NCBI GenBank assembly: GCA_964016885.1
Contig: OZ024745.1
Span: 116,436,001 to 116,500,000, forward strand
Reading direction: 5' to 3'
DNA from: Eledone cirrhosa
Taxonomy: Eukaryota
DNA: 64,000 nt
In this document: in pieces, positions 40,833 to 56,644 of the stretch
Position numbering within the stretch: the first letter of the stretch is position 1
Layout of the letters: each line of letters opens with the position of its first letter
Notes under the pieces: generated by a model
Databases searched by the model: none
Seen by the model: the letters and a program-made list of their open reading frames with translations, nothing else
What the model was told of the DNA's origin: nothing
Program-made: the position numbers and the translations under genes

Positions 40833-40878
<46 letters not shown>

Positions 40879-40996
40879 CGAAGGAAATGTGGTAAGGAAC
40901 CAGGTGGACCAAAACGCACCAAAGTACTCAATAGAGTGGGTAATAGAAGGAGTAGGACCCCGACGGCTGAGCTCAGCCGTAGGGATCCTACTCGTT

Positions 40997-42304
<1,308 letters not shown>

Positions 42305-42473
42305 AAAATTAAGATAAATCAAAGTGAATTTAATCTATATCAAAATTATGGGTGATATGCCATAAAGACATGCGCCATATCACCCGCAAAATAAGCTCTA
42401 AGATTATAACGAATAGGTCCGAGCATTTTATAATAACTAGAAATTGATTAACATATAAATAAACATGAATAAT

Positions 42474-43079
42474 AGTTACTAAGACAAAACCTATATATTT
42501 GCTAGCATAGGTATGCATCTGTATATATATGTTGGTAGATATACTAATTCTTCATAATTATCTCCAAATTATTTTGTTGAGCAAAAATTTGCCAAAACTA
42601 CTACTATGGTTCATAGTAATAGTCAGGCTACTGTCTTATTAGCACCCCACTCCTCACTGATTAACCTTGATGTCACGTGATTGATTCTCTTGAATTTGCC
42701 ACCGACCAAGTAGGCAGTGATTTTTTCAATGTCCTGGAATTTAGTCCTCGCTTTTTTCCATCCACTGAATTATTTTTGTATAAGTTCCCTGTGTCCACGC
42801 ATTGCCTGGGAACTTAGCTGAGAATAGATCTCCCTGATGACGAAAGGATGTTCTCAATGTTGTTCTATTCGGAAACCATGTTTATTCCCTTTCAGAAACT
42901 AATTAGTTGGAGTGAAATTTTAGTAAGTAAGTTAATTTTTATAATTTTCTTATTTTACGTCTTTCATATAATTGTTCTGCACCCCCTTGCATTGAACCAC
43001 AAAGTTACTAAGACAAAACCTATATATTTGCCAGCATAGGTATGCATCTGTATATATATATGTTGGTAGATATACTAAT

Positions 43080-43080
<1 letters not shown>
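42474..43080 (+). mobile_element. Family C unit (~529 bp) with ~75-bp terminal direct repeat
   Basis: AGTTACTAAGACAAAACCTATATATTTGC.AGCATAGG at 42474 and 43003; paralogue of 7740-8290. Confidence 0.85.
42830..42912 (+). ncRNA. Type I hammerhead ribozyme (family C)
   Basis: CTCC-CTGATGA-C-GAAAGG..CCTTTC-A-GAAA-CTAATTAG-TT^-GGAG. Confidence 0.72.
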
Positions 43081-43142
<62 letters not shown>

Positions 43143-44486
43143 GTGTGTGTTTGTGTATCTGTTTGTCTGTGTCTGTGTGTGTCTGCGTGTGTGTATGTGT
43201 ATGTGTAATGCATCATAAATATTAATCTTGATGACTGGCCTCTTGAAAGAATAATATCGCGAAATGTTTCTTTCATAAATTTGTTTTTCATCTGTATATA
43301 CGATGTTGAAGCTCAGAAATCTATTCTCAACACAAGTCACTGATCGTTCATCAAATATTTATGGAATTCCTTTTAAATTTGAGTTATATGTTTTCCAAAT
43401 CAGTTAAATAAATATAAATGCGACTATAAATATTTGATAAAGAAATTTCAAGTAGCATCTGTATAAAATTACTGTCATAAATCTAACAGCTATTCATCTT
43501 AATAAGATTTGTATAAGAACAGAATAGATTTCCATGGCTTCTAAGTAATTTATATACATTAAAGGTATGGTTCACAAACAAGGCTTCGTGAAATCTTCAG
43601 ATGTAAAACGTTTCAAGTATTGTTAGTGCATGAATTATTTCTAAACCTTAACAGCGCATGAATTATTTCTAATCCATAACAGCGAAGGTCTCGAATAAAT
43701 CAAGTACTGAAATTGAAATGAGTCCAGAGGTTTGGAAGCGTGAATTCAAATTTACGACTGGGAAATTTGTTTTGTATTTGCATGTTCGTTTCTGACAGGC
43801 ACACATAATTCTATATATACTTTGTTCTGATCACAAATCAAACCATCTTTTTAAAATGTGTACCTTTATCAAAGGAATATGTTAATATACATGTGCGTTA
43901 CTGAACACACGCTGTAGATTGCATCAATAATAATTGGCTGACGATATTATTTCAGAAGATTTAGGATTGAGGTCATGTAACGCTTTATAGATGGATATGT
44001 TTGATGTTATATCAGGTCATAGAATTTATATATGCTCTAAATTACTTTACATAGTCTAACTATTGTGATTCAGTTGTGTTATCAGATAAGAATTTTTGAA
44101 CTTCAAAGTTTACGATTTCAGATTCAATGGAGTTGTTGTCAGGCTCTGTCTGATTAATAAAACACACTTTAATTTATTGATTTTTTTTATTTTCATTGTT
44201 ATATTGCTCTCGTAAATGCATTCATTTGATTGGCCTCAGAGATACAACGAAAACCATGAAACTATGTCAAATGGAATATAGTGTGCAACTAACACATTGT
44301 AATTTCTCAACGTAAACAAGAAAGGTAGGTGACAAATTAAAATCGACTACATATATCTTCATTCACAGATTAAATACACTCTATTTTACTGTCCTAATAT
44401 TTATGTCACTTCGATAAGAAGATTCACATTTGTATTCTAGTATACAGTTAACATCAATATCCGAGGCCTATCATTATTAGCCGCAT

Positions 44487-44846
44487 GAAAGGCAAAGTAA
44501 ACCTCAAATCCCGCCGAGGTTTACTTTGCCTTTCATCCTTACGGGGTCGATAAAATAAACTACCAGTAATGCACTGGGCAATTGCTGGCCTTGTGCCAAA
44601 AGTAGAAACAATTATTAGCCGCATCAAGGGCAGTGGATTTGCAGTATCGGTAGAGTGTCGAACACCATGCTTTGAGGCATTGAGTTACGGCCCTTTATGA
44701 TCTGAGTTCAAATGCCGCCGAGGTTAACTTTGCCTTTCATCCTTACCGAGTCGATAAAATAAAGTACCAGTCACGCACTCGGGTCAATTTAATCGACTTT
44801 CCCCTCCCAAATTGCAGGCCTTGTGTCTATATAAGAAACCATTATT
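44487..44846 (+). mobile_element. Two tandem tRNA-derived SINEs (5'-inverted partial copy 44487-44617; full copy 44628-44846)
   Basis: A-box-like TTGCAGTATCGG and B-box-like GAGTTCAAATGCC; core GCCTTTCATCCTTAC.G.GTCGATAAAATAAA.TACCAG; TTATTAG.CGCAT repeated at the boundaries. Confidence 0.85.
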
Positions 44847-45934
44847 AGACGCATCACGAATCAACATTTATTGACTTCAATCAGGTTGATGATTGGTAAA
44901 AAATGTGAACTCCGGACACGAGGAGCCGAAATAGATAATAAAAGGTATCTCATCTAATGCTCTAGCAACTTCACCTGTACGACCCTGAAAGTATGAAAAA
45001 CAAACCTAAATTACAGGGTATTCCCGAAACAAAATAATGAAACGCTTTTTATCTAATTGTTATAATTCATATTCTCACCTGCTTGCTATTGTTTGCCACA
45101 CGCTTCAGCATACACACACATACAACACACACACATATTAATACATATACCATTTATGTTGGATGGTTTAACTAATGAATAGATCTGGTCATCACCATTA
45201 GCAGAATTTAGGCATAATCATAAGCACTCAACGTTAGGCGAATCATTTATCGTAGATGTGATATATTATGGTTGGTGCAGAAACGGGGCTAAATACTTCA
45301 ATGAAAAGAGAAGGCTGAACTCCAAATATTCCTTTAATGCAGCAAATATCACAATACGTATTTCTATAGAATACCCACTGCAATGGATAGTCTTGGGATT
45401 CGCCCGTCCATACCTGTGAATTATGTCTGCCGGAGGTGGTTGAAATAGCGACCGGAAAGGACTTTCTAGGTTCCCGGCATAATAGAATATTAACTGGCAA
45501 ACATAAGGTTCTAAAATCTAGACTAGAACAGGGTTCGATCTCGGATATCTGTAATTTACTACATTCTATTTATTGTATCTAACCTGTGTCATTTGAACTT
45601 CTCACACTCCACCCAAAGAACACAGTAATCTTCAAAACCATCTTACTTCCTCATACATCCCTTCATTCCGCTCCTTACCCCTTATTTCCCTCCTTACCCC
45701 TTATTTCCCTCCTTACCCCTTATTTCCCTCCTCCACTAGTATTGCACTCTTGATTATATATGGCGAACTCTGAAAGATTCAGCCATGTCAATAGTCAAAG
45801 AAAACGTTATTCCACATCATAGCACATAAAGTAACAGTGCAAAACCCTTCTCCCCATCCAGTCGCTTCCTAACTTTCTCTACTTCTCACTCTAGCTTATT
45901 GTATTTGATTTGATTTTATTGTCATTTGTTTTAT

Positions 45935-46032
45935 TTTCGTTTTATTTTATTTTATTTTATTTTATTTTATTTTATTTTATTTTATTTTATTTTATTTTAT
46001 TTTATTTTATTTTATTTTATTTTATTTTATTT
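45935..46032. repeat. (TTTTA)n microsatellite
   Basis: Read directly. Confidence 0.97.
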
Positions 46033-46967
46033 CATCCTTAAACCTAAATACTGATTTATCTCGACCAACATAAAACCCAACACATTCCTGAGTTCTACAA
46101 CATGCGAAAAGGACACTACCAAACTCAACTCTAAGATTTCAGAAGACGTGCGAAAAGTGATTAAGTATTGCATATGATTTATTGAACAATATATATTGTA
46201 GTCGGCATATGTAGACTATCATAATGGACACTGAAACATATGTTAAAGTCAATAAATTCTTCTACTATGTCCTCTCACCGAAATCTATATTGTTCATAGA
46301 ACTACACTTGCTTAAATTATTTTTCCAGTGGGGAGTCATAACAAATTAGTATCCAGCTCTGAACCCAATCACTAATACTAATATACACTTTGCCAGTTAG
46401 ATATTATTCTTAGCATAATGACTGTTGTCTAGTTTTCTGAACTTCTATCTTTTAACGTCTGAAATTTAGTATTTATTGGATTTTCGGGCTGTGAAATCTT
46501 AAATATTTTCTATAAGTTATATTGACCATAACAGTAGGAACTTTCTCACTCTGTATATTATCCTGTCATAAACGGGTAACGGATACAAATGCACTAAAAT
46601 TCTACTGGTCACTAAAGCTAGCAGTAAAAGAATGTTGGTTTGTACTCCCACTGACCATATAGAGTTATTGGCCGAGGTGGTGGGGGACTGGTAGCTATAG
46701 AGAACAAATAAGGTCAGTCTTATTCTTGGTTGTGCCACCCACTCCTCTACGACTGCGCAGTGCTGTCGGGATGTTCTGTCTGAAAGTTAGAAGGAAGGGG
46801 ACACTCAAAGCAAAAACACACATTTTTTAGTCCGCACTGTTTTCTCGGAAATATTACCTTTTAATCAATTTTTCTGTCTGAAGAAATCATGATATATATC
46901 GTCATTGAAATATGCATAACAGCTCAATTAATAAAGGAGCCTAACATCTTCAGCTTCGTATTTTCCT

Positions 46968-47057
<90 letters not shown>

Positions 47058-47726
47058 ATAAAAAGTCTCTAATACTTGAGTATCTCAATGAATGGATAAA
47101 ATATACAGATAAAATATCACTCAGAGAGGGTATTTTACATATTAAACTTATACCAAATAATCAATATAGGGGAGTATTATCAGGCAGATTAAAGTAAATT
47201 AATATAACTAACTCTCTCTATATATATATTAGGACAATGGGACAGGCTTATAATGAGGTCATTGTAAGTATGTCACATTGTTCTAATATATATACAGAGA
47301 GATTTGTTCATTTAGTAGTTTAACAAAGCAGCCTGTTGGACACCATGCGGTTTCGGCAATGAAATGATCTGTATACTTTATGATCAATATCTCCTCTTGT
47401 TCCAGAAACACTTCCCTGGTGATAACTGGAATTCTTTCAATATTGGTTATTCCAATTATTGGAAATGGTTGTTATTGTTTCTTTTGGTATTGAAACCATG
47501 GTTGGGAGACTACTTACTGTAGTCTGTCTGATTTATACTTCCTCATATATATTTATATATGGGATAACAAGTTATCGTTTTAGGAAATCCAATTAGAGTT
47601 TGTGAGTACTCAGTACTATGGATAGTTTTAACGTACGGGGTTGTTTGAGGTTTGAGGTTTCCTTAGTTAGGTAGCGCGTTTGCGAGAATTCCAGGTTATT
47701 CTTGGAGTAATAGTAGTGAATGAGTG

Positions 47727-48156
47727 AAGAATAACATAGTCGGGTGTACAGAAAGGGTTTTATTTACAGTATTAACAATTGTTTCATTGATCAGGTGAGT
47801 CTAAAGGCCGATAATCACACGAAGTTGCGTCACTCGACCTTAAATACAGTATGTGCCTCTGATCAAATCATCGGAATACTGGAGGGTCTAACTCATGGGA
47901 TTGGTATTTATAGATACATCGGAGAATCAAGTGAATGAAAATAATAACATCAATAATAAAGGATAATAATAAAGAAGTGAAAATGATAAATATGGAAAAT
48001 ATAAGTAAAAAATATTTATCAGAGACACACACTGTATTTAAGGTCGAGTGACGCAACTCCATGTGTTTTGTGGCCTTTAGACTCACCTGATCAATGAAAC
48101 AGTTGTTAATACTGTAAATAAAACCTTTTTGTACAGCCGACCATGTTATTCTTCCA

Positions 48157-48158
<2 letters not shown>
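47727..48158. repeat. Inverted repeat with ~135-bp arms (47727-47863 / 48017-48155)
   Basis: GAAGAATAACATAGTCGG..GGTGAGTCTAAAGGCC..TTGCGTCACTCGACCTTAAATACAG and its reverse complement. Confidence 0.85.
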
Positions 48159-48197
<39 letters not shown>

Positions 48198-48250
48198 AAT
48201 CAATAAGACTATGTGTTTTTGTCTCTGCCTTTATCTTGTATATTTCTCAG

Positions 48251-48301
<51 letters not shown>

Positions 48302-48382
48302 CGTACGTGTGTGTGCGTGCGTGTGTGTGAGAAATAAACAAGATAAACGCAGAGACAAAAACACATAGTCTTATTGATTTCA

Positions 48383-48425
<43 letters not shown>

Positions 48426-48945
48426 ACTTAATATAAAAACGGCTTCTATAGGACTAGATCTGTTTCATGCGACGGAAATCACCAGGAAAGCTTACCTGAT
48501 TATTTCCTTCGAATGAAATAGTTCTAGTCCTGTAGAAGCCGTTTTAACAGTCAATGTTGTATATACGCTACTATGTATTGAGTACCTTACTTACTGTGAT
48601 TACCCCGATTGAACCCGGGACACATGTATATATACCACACACTTGCATATTGCGCAAGTAGGATTGTTGATTTTGGATTCATAGAAACCTATCAGAGGTA
48701 TTGCATGACACCCTTCAAGACGGTTCAGGTTTGGTATGTAATCTGATTACAATATCGTGGTTTTGGTGAATTATGTGGCTAGGCCACGCTATCTAACGTA
48801 TGTTAATTACTCTAAGGTGTAACCTCTCGATTCATCGATACATCCTTATTGCGTGCTTTTGTGCAAACCTAATTGTATCTCGTTAGCTTGGTCACCGCCA
48901 TAACTTCGATTTTACTAAGCTTCCCTTCGTATATATATACATATA

Positions 48946-49007
<62 letters not shown>

Positions 49008-49897
49008 CGACGTAGCATAGAACTTTGTTATTCTGTTATTCTGGAGATTCGGTGGTGCACTGGCATGATTATTAGACAATTCCAAGCTACAGTTTAGATA
49101 GTAACTTTTCCACTCAAAACTTTGTTTTATACTATTAATATTATCTACTTTTTAGTTATTTATTTATTTTTGTATATTTAACATAATTATTAATTATCTT
49201 AACTTGAGTTCATTCTATTAGATTCCCCATAATCCTGTATTTATGTAGAAACCCTGTAAATTTCTTGTCACAATGGAACCCACCTAAATATACCTCCGCA
49301 CAAAGACACTCACCTGAAAACAAAACGCCATCTGGACATTTATTCTGAATATAAAAGGAACATTCTATTTAATATATCGAATGTTCTATTAAATCCTGAC
49401 ATTTTGAACCCCTCTTTCAAACTCACCAGCCAAACTTCAAAAGAAAATATATATGAGAACACCATTTGAGGCAAATTCTCGTATGTTTTAGCTGCCTACA
49501 CAATATGAGATCAAACTTGTTCTTATATGTGTGGGAGATAGATATTTCAATTGGTGCTGCTGCTTATGATATGGCTAGAGTATCAAGTTACCAGATTGGT
49601 CGTGTGACTCCTACTGAGGCATCTAATAATTGTTAGTCGATATTTTTATTTTTTTCATACTAGATTTTATTCACTTAGATACTAATTCTAATTTTAGATA
49701 TTTGTACTTTGATACTGATTTTATAATAAAGCTACATATTAGTGAGTGTTTAAATAATTATTTGGTGGTCTATTTAACATTATTTAAGTTTCAAACATAT
49801 ACTCTATGAAATGTCTTATAAATTTTGTGTCAACAAAAGTAAAAAATTTCAGAGCGTTTATTAATAATTTTAGGTCTACTATGATGTTTAGAGTCTC

Positions 49898-49972
<75 letters not shown>

Positions 49973-50149
49973 GATAACAAGTTATCGTTATAAGTAATCC
50001 AGTTATAGGTAATCCAGTTAGAATACTCCGCGTCGTGGATAGTTTTAACGTACGGCTTTGTTTGACTCAACAAGATGTTTCCATAGTTATGAAGCGAGCT
50101 CTAGGCTCTAAACACACCTGATCAACGAAACCCTTAAATGCATGTTGCA

Positions 50150-50512
50150 TGTTGCAACGCGGCGCCGCTCGAGCAACATCGCCTCAATCAAAACATCAAA
50201 TTCATAGTGAAACTAGGGTGAACAGCCAAATCATTGACGCTCTGGAGCAACTTTATGGAGACAGTACCATAAACAACCTACAAATGGATAAGTCGTTTTA
50301 GAAGTGGAAGATGATCCCCAGTTGAATATGTAAATAGAGCTGCTTTGACATGGTTTAACTCGCAGTGTCCTTAGATTTACACAGATGGTCTTACCAATGG
50401 TTGCAGAAGTGTATTGACCTACATGGAACATATGTTGATAAATGAACATCATAACTTAAACAGTTTCTTCGAACTGTTCTTTTCTCACGAACACTTTGGA
50501 GTTTAGTCGTAT
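50150..50512 (+). mobile_element. Internally deleted mariner transposase remnant
   Basis: N-terminal NIKFIVKLG..IIDALEQLYGDS..YKWISRFRSG..EDDP joined to C-terminal TWFNSQ..YTDGL..QKCIDLHGTYVDK*. Confidence 0.65.
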
Positions 50513-51811
50513 ATGTATATATATACGATATATATGTATATATATGTATATATATATAATAATGATACTATTTATAGTTATGTATATACTATACTATAAA
50601 CAACTATAAACAGGAAAGGTCAGTAATTTATTACTACCTTATTACCAGTAAGAGATAAATCAATGTAAGAACATCAGGTGTTTTACAGAGCAGGAATATA
50701 AATTATAAATTACACAAATATCAAAGTTATGTTCAAATCATTTAATCGCTGACAATTGTTTCTTCCAAACTTTAGTTTGGATCCATCGGAGCATTATCAA
50801 TGTTTGTACATATAATTAACCTCCTATTCAACTGAACAATCATATAGATACATATATATATTGATGTTGTGAACAACAGTTTAGTATTTACAGGGTGTAA
50901 TGGATGCGACATATATTATACGAGAATTGTACAATAATTCAAATTAAAATTAAAAGCTCAGAGTGGAATACATGCGTCAAATAATACAAGAGAATAGTCT
51001 AATAATTAAAGAGGCAATGAAAATGAAGTACATATTCAAGCGTGTAGAGATTGCACATGCGTTAGTCATATATATGAGAAGGAAACAAGCAAAGGTATTA
51101 GGCATATATAAATACTGTATGGCAAGCTATTACATAAAATACAAGCACTTTAAGCGAATATGTTAGTGTCTTATGGAGGATGTAATGCGATGATAGTTTC
51201 TGTAGAATTCAAATTTGTATGTGTGGAGAATATGAAAGTTATTGAATTCCTATCCATTACATATGTTAAATTATATTTTAGTTAATGTTTGTATTGAATG
51301 TTTTTAGTTGGTTATAGTAATGGATTGTAAATTGGTCTTATTGTATTCTTATTCATGGATTAGAGCTGTTCTACAGCGAGATTTTCCAGCGGTTTAATAT
51401 CCGGAAGTGGATATGAGATCCAAAATTAAGGGGAGCTAATGCGTAAGGGGAGGTAACTAGCTCATTAAACTATTTAAATTATTTGCTCTAATAGACATTA
51501 TATAGTGTCACAATGGAATCCCTTTTACATAATGTTATATATTTATATTTAATTTTAAATACAGTCTACTCTCTCATAATATATTAAAGGTTTCATTAGA
51601 TTGTTATCTACCCAATACTAAGCAAGATATAGAATAATGTGTAGCTGTTTACATGTCCAATTAGATAAATCCCTTATGGTAATAATTCAATCCTTTATAT
51701 ACAATGTTATTAATTTATACATTTAATTATAAATGTATATATAATTCATTGTCACGTATTACATTTAATGTCTCTACATATTATATATCCATTACTGTAT
51801 ATATTATATTA

Positions 51812-51850
<39 letters not shown>

Positions 51851-51866
51851 TATGTGTGTGTGTGTT

Positions 51867-51954
<88 letters not shown>

Positions 51955-54900
51955 TGTGTGTGTGTGTAAACATTATGCAGTTCAAAACTTTAAATAATTT
52001 TTCTCCTAATCTTCGCATTGTACAATATCACTATCGACTGCTTCAATAGTGAATATAATGTTCTTTTCTCATACGCGCATTGTTGCAATTGTGTGCATGT
52101 TTTCCTGAAGCTAATCCATGTTTTATAATTTAAATTTGTGCCTTAGTATAATCAGATTATTCAATAATAACTTTCGTCCCATATGTCTCTTTCTTGGGTC
52201 AACGTCTTAAGATACTATTAATGACTAAATGTGTAGAAACTTCAGGTGTGATTCTACAACACGGTAATTTGAACTAAAATTCCAAGAAGGAAAATGAACG
52301 TAAACTCTATCCATAGGTCCTATTCAAAATGAAGACATATATTTATTCTTTTCCTAGCGGCGTATACATTTGTATAACATGTTACATATGAAAGAGAAAG
52401 GGGAAAAATCATTTCATTGAAGCAGTTTGATATTTATGAATGAAATAATTTAATCGTCAACCATTATCAGTTTGTGAACGAGGTTTTGTTTTCGATTCAC
52501 CTACTAACATTTATACTTATTACATAATCACTATATACATCTTGTTCCAGGAGTCATCAGTGGTGTAACTTGGCAATAATCTTACGGGAAATAGCCTTGA
52601 CTTTCCCTCAAACTTCACTGAAAATCTTAAAAATAAGACATATACGACAATGTTGTTATAGATATGCCAAATATTGGACGATTAAGGTTGGTGGTTTTGT
52701 GATTATCGGTCTGCATCATCAGTTCTGATTTAGCAATAAACAACAACAACAACAACGTTAATGTCTCTTAATGTCTGTACGATTGTAAGTCTGTCTCACC
52801 CAGAAACGGCATACCTAATAAGCTTGAAGAGGGTCTACATAAACAAAATATTTCAATAGTATGGTGTCTGATAATACATTCACATTCGTTTAGATAATCG
52901 ATTGCAACATAGATTGAAGGAATAGTAATCATAAAACGTAGTCGCCATGTTTAAACTTATGCCTAAATTTCGTTGCATCTAACAAATAAGGATGTAAGCC
53001 AGCAGGAGCAGGCGGAGAGAAATGAGACGAAGTGGCGTGATTTTATAAAATAAAAGCTATACCCATTTTCACAAGAGAATATATCTGTCACTCACCCAAA
53101 GTGGGTGGGAGATCTGTCCGTCGGACAGGAAGAACTGACAGGTCTGATGTATGGATCCGTAGCGGTGCCATATTGACATATGGCGTTTCTAGATCATTTA
53201 AAACTCGGCGGAGCTCATCTCCAATCTATGTCTGAATGCAGCAGATTTCTTGCAGAAAAGGATAGAGAGTGAGAGAAAGGATGTGAGAAAGATATATAGA
53301 GGAAGGATGGACGGTATCATGGTCGATAAAATAGTACCAATTAGTACGGGGATCGTTCCTTTCTGTATATTTCTTTCTCACTTACATTCCCTCAATCTCT
53401 ATCCTTCTCTTGAAGAAATCTACTGTAATCCGATCTGTATAGGATATGGGCTCCACCAGGTTCTAAAATGCCGTGTGTCAATATGTCGCCCCCATGACTC
53501 CTTCAGGAGTTACAGAACCATACTTATATTAAGAGTTTGGTCCATGTATTATTTTGACAAATACTTTTCTGCTTAGCTATAACCTGTATAATGTTCCTGT
53601 AAATAGAACTAGAGATGTTTTCAGATATTCCTTCCAATATTTTATTTATCTGCCTTCACATTCCTTTCACCTTTAATAGGCAATCTCCGTTGATAAAGAT
53701 GGAAATATAACATCTACATATAACGTGATATTTCATGGTTTATTACCAGGTTGATTTCACTATTCCAAAAGGAACTTTATCATAGAGAATATTTCAATAA
53801 CAAATTTACAATTGATATGTGTCCACATTGCTATGAATTCTATTGCCTAAAACAACCCGTTCTGCTTAAACCTTTCCTTCCAGAATATCACAACTCTAGA
53901 TTACTATTCTGCTGCATGTTTTTCTTCCTAGAGAATTCAACGAGCAGCTATTCGAGGGGAATCACAATGACATAAATCACAGTGGCACTTCTGAGACCAG
54001 TAATGTCGATGACAGAGTCTTCTCATCTCTCCTATAAAACTATTACAAAGAGGCCAAACCCATTCTCCTCTTACAAACCAATAAACAAAAATGTGATGTA
54101 GCCATTAAAATAATTCATGGCTGTTATCTTTTACCCAGTGATCACATTATTTCGTTACACTATTTTATTTGGTGTCAAAACTAGCAAAGAAATGTCTAAT
54201 TGAGGGCTTAAAATATCTGATACCGTAACGTAAACTTATTAATAACGTCGTTTATGTCTTATTTCTCGTGGCAAATATCGAGATTGGATTGGTGAGGGAA
54301 AATAACAATCAACAATGTATACATTTCCCTTCCAATTACACTATTTCTGATTGTTTTATAGATAGAGAAACTACGATACACTTGTGTAAATGTAATATTA
54401 TGCAAAAAAGAAACATACAATTCTATTCACCTTCCAATGTACAATGAACAAGCTAAGGAATATAATCCTTTTGTACATTAGAAAATTTAGTTAAGTGTGA
54501 AGTGGACTGAATAGGATTTGGGGAATATGTCAAGTACTTGTACATTTATCGAGGTAACCATTTGCTGTTTCCAGAAGAGGTTTTGCTTTATCCTTACATT
54601 ATATATCATTTTCGTGGGCAGCATCTTTAAATAAAACTAAAATTGAACTATCCGATAAAATGATAAAATATATCTACACTTTAGAGTACAGATAATGGAA
54701 TTCTTTTGAAACTTGTGATACTTTGACACTTTTGGTATCTATCTGATCAACAGAAGCATTGCAATGCCCAACTCGTCATTACAATTGTTTACTTTTTAAA
54801 GTATGTTAGGATATAATGTTCTATTAGAATCATTTGTGCCCTATATATCCCTCTCTGATTATCTTACATCTGAAGATAAAAGCACATCGATTGAGTTTGT

Positions 54901-55112
54901 AAACTTATGCCAATGATTGTCAGGTGCAGATATTGATTGTTAGTGTATTCAGAATATTGTGAGGTAGGGTTAAGTTATATTAGAAAGCTAATGAGCGTCG
55001 TTTCATGAGCATTTACATGACTTGACACAGTGATTGATTGTATGAATTCAAAATTTAAACAAAAACTATTACTCTTTGGTGACAGATGAGCTAAGAATGT
55101 CAGAAATAGCAT

Positions 55113-55192
<80 letters not shown>

Positions 55193-55506
55193 ACATATAT
55201 ATATATATATATATGTGTGATGGCTGCAACTCAATTTCTAGTATTAATATAATAGCGTAAGGTCTTCAAAATGATTTTAATTAAGCATACAGTGTATTGC
55301 AAAATACACTGTATATACATTCATATATATATATATATATATAAATATATATATGAATAAATTCAGGACCCCGACAACTGAGCTCTGGCCGTTTCAACAG
55401 CTAGATCCGAAGTTTGGAGGGGTCTTGAATATTTCATATTACCCATTCAGCTAACCCAAATATCGAGTACTCTGGTGGGTAATGGTCGAACTGGTTTTTA
55501 CCGCCT

Positions 55507-55599
<93 letters not shown>

Positions 55600-55604
<5 letters not shown>

Positions 55605-55905
55605 GAGTATATGTATAGTATATTTGGCAATATACTCTATGCTTAATTAAAAACATTTTGAAGACCTTGCGCTATTACTTTAAAGTAGTGACTATGTCAC
55701 TTACTTCTTTTTTCAACAAACGAAGGGAGAAAAGCTAACAGATTTTTTCCACACTGTTGGTAATCATCAGAGCTTAGCACTCGCCTACCTTTGTTGAAAA
55801 TAATAGAGGCTGGATTCTTATAGAATTCCAGTAATAATCAGGAACTGATTATACAGAGCGATTGCCGGTCCATCAAAAATTGAAAATTAGGATTGGTGCT
55901 CTTCA
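55600..55905 (-). mobile_element. Family D diverged copy; degenerate HHR at 55733-55774 with C3-G8 core
   Basis: rc: AGCT-CTGATGA-TTACCAACAGTGTG-GAAA-AAATCTG-TT-AGCT. Flanks are homologous to the 31.5-kb and 41-kb copies. Confidence 0.75.
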
Positions 55906-55909
55906 AAAT

Positions 55910-56547
55910 GTAAATTAGCTCTAGGAAAGAGGTTTTTCCGAGCCGTATAATATAACTGACCTCTTTCCTAGAGCTAATTTACTGTAATGAGATTATTTTG
56001 AGTTTCTAACTCAATACATGCCTTTGATATATTCGGCTCCGTTAATTCGTCGAGCTAATTCAAATGTCGAGTAAATCCGGCTGCTATTTTTAGTGGCGTG
56101 AGTTTGCGAGACACGCTAAGTTCTGGAACGATGTGCGTTACATACACGCACACTATCCATTTTTTTAAATTATTTTTGGAAGTGACCAGGATACTAATAA
56201 TTCTTCACCCGCTGATGAGCTAGAATCTTGGTATTCCTCTTCACAATTAATATTGCGAAACAGTATTATCAAAACTGTCCGGGTGATCGGTAGTTACCAC
56301 AATTCTGGTTTGTATTTATTTTTCTTGATTTATTCTTAAATTGAGTCTAGCAAACCCTATTATCTGTATTTAGTATTCTTTTCACCTTAGCGAATCTGGT
56401 CCATTACGATTTGAACACATATATGTATATGTCTGTGTTCGTTTTTCTTTTTGTTCAGTTATATTATACGGCTCGGAAAACCCTTTTTCCTAGAGCTAAT
56501 TGATGTAATGAGACTATTTTGAGTTTCGAACTCAATACATGCCTTTG

Positions 56548-56550
<3 letters not shown>
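55910..56550 (+). mobile_element. ~520-bp HHR-bearing unit (family G) with terminal direct repeat and short 5' inversion
   Basis: TTTCCTAGAGCTAATT..CTCAATACATGCCTTTGA at ~55964 and ~56486. 55913-55959 is the reverse complement of 56456-56501. Confidence 0.82.
56205..56286 (+). ncRNA. Canonical type I hammerhead ribozyme (family G)
   Basis: TCACCCG-CTGATGA-GC..GC-GAAA-CAGT-ATTATCAAA-ACTG-TC^-CGGGTGA: perfect 7-bp helix I, G10.1-C11.1 pair and GUC site. Confidence 0.9.

Positions 56551-56644
<94 letters not shown>

Noticed and set aside
44628-44720. tRNA gene
   Set aside because: A/B-box-like head without a full cloverleaf; part of a multi-copy SINE.
48080-48115. CTGATCAATGAAAC as an HHR core (similar at ~50118)
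   Set aside because: G8 is absent and there is no room for helix II.
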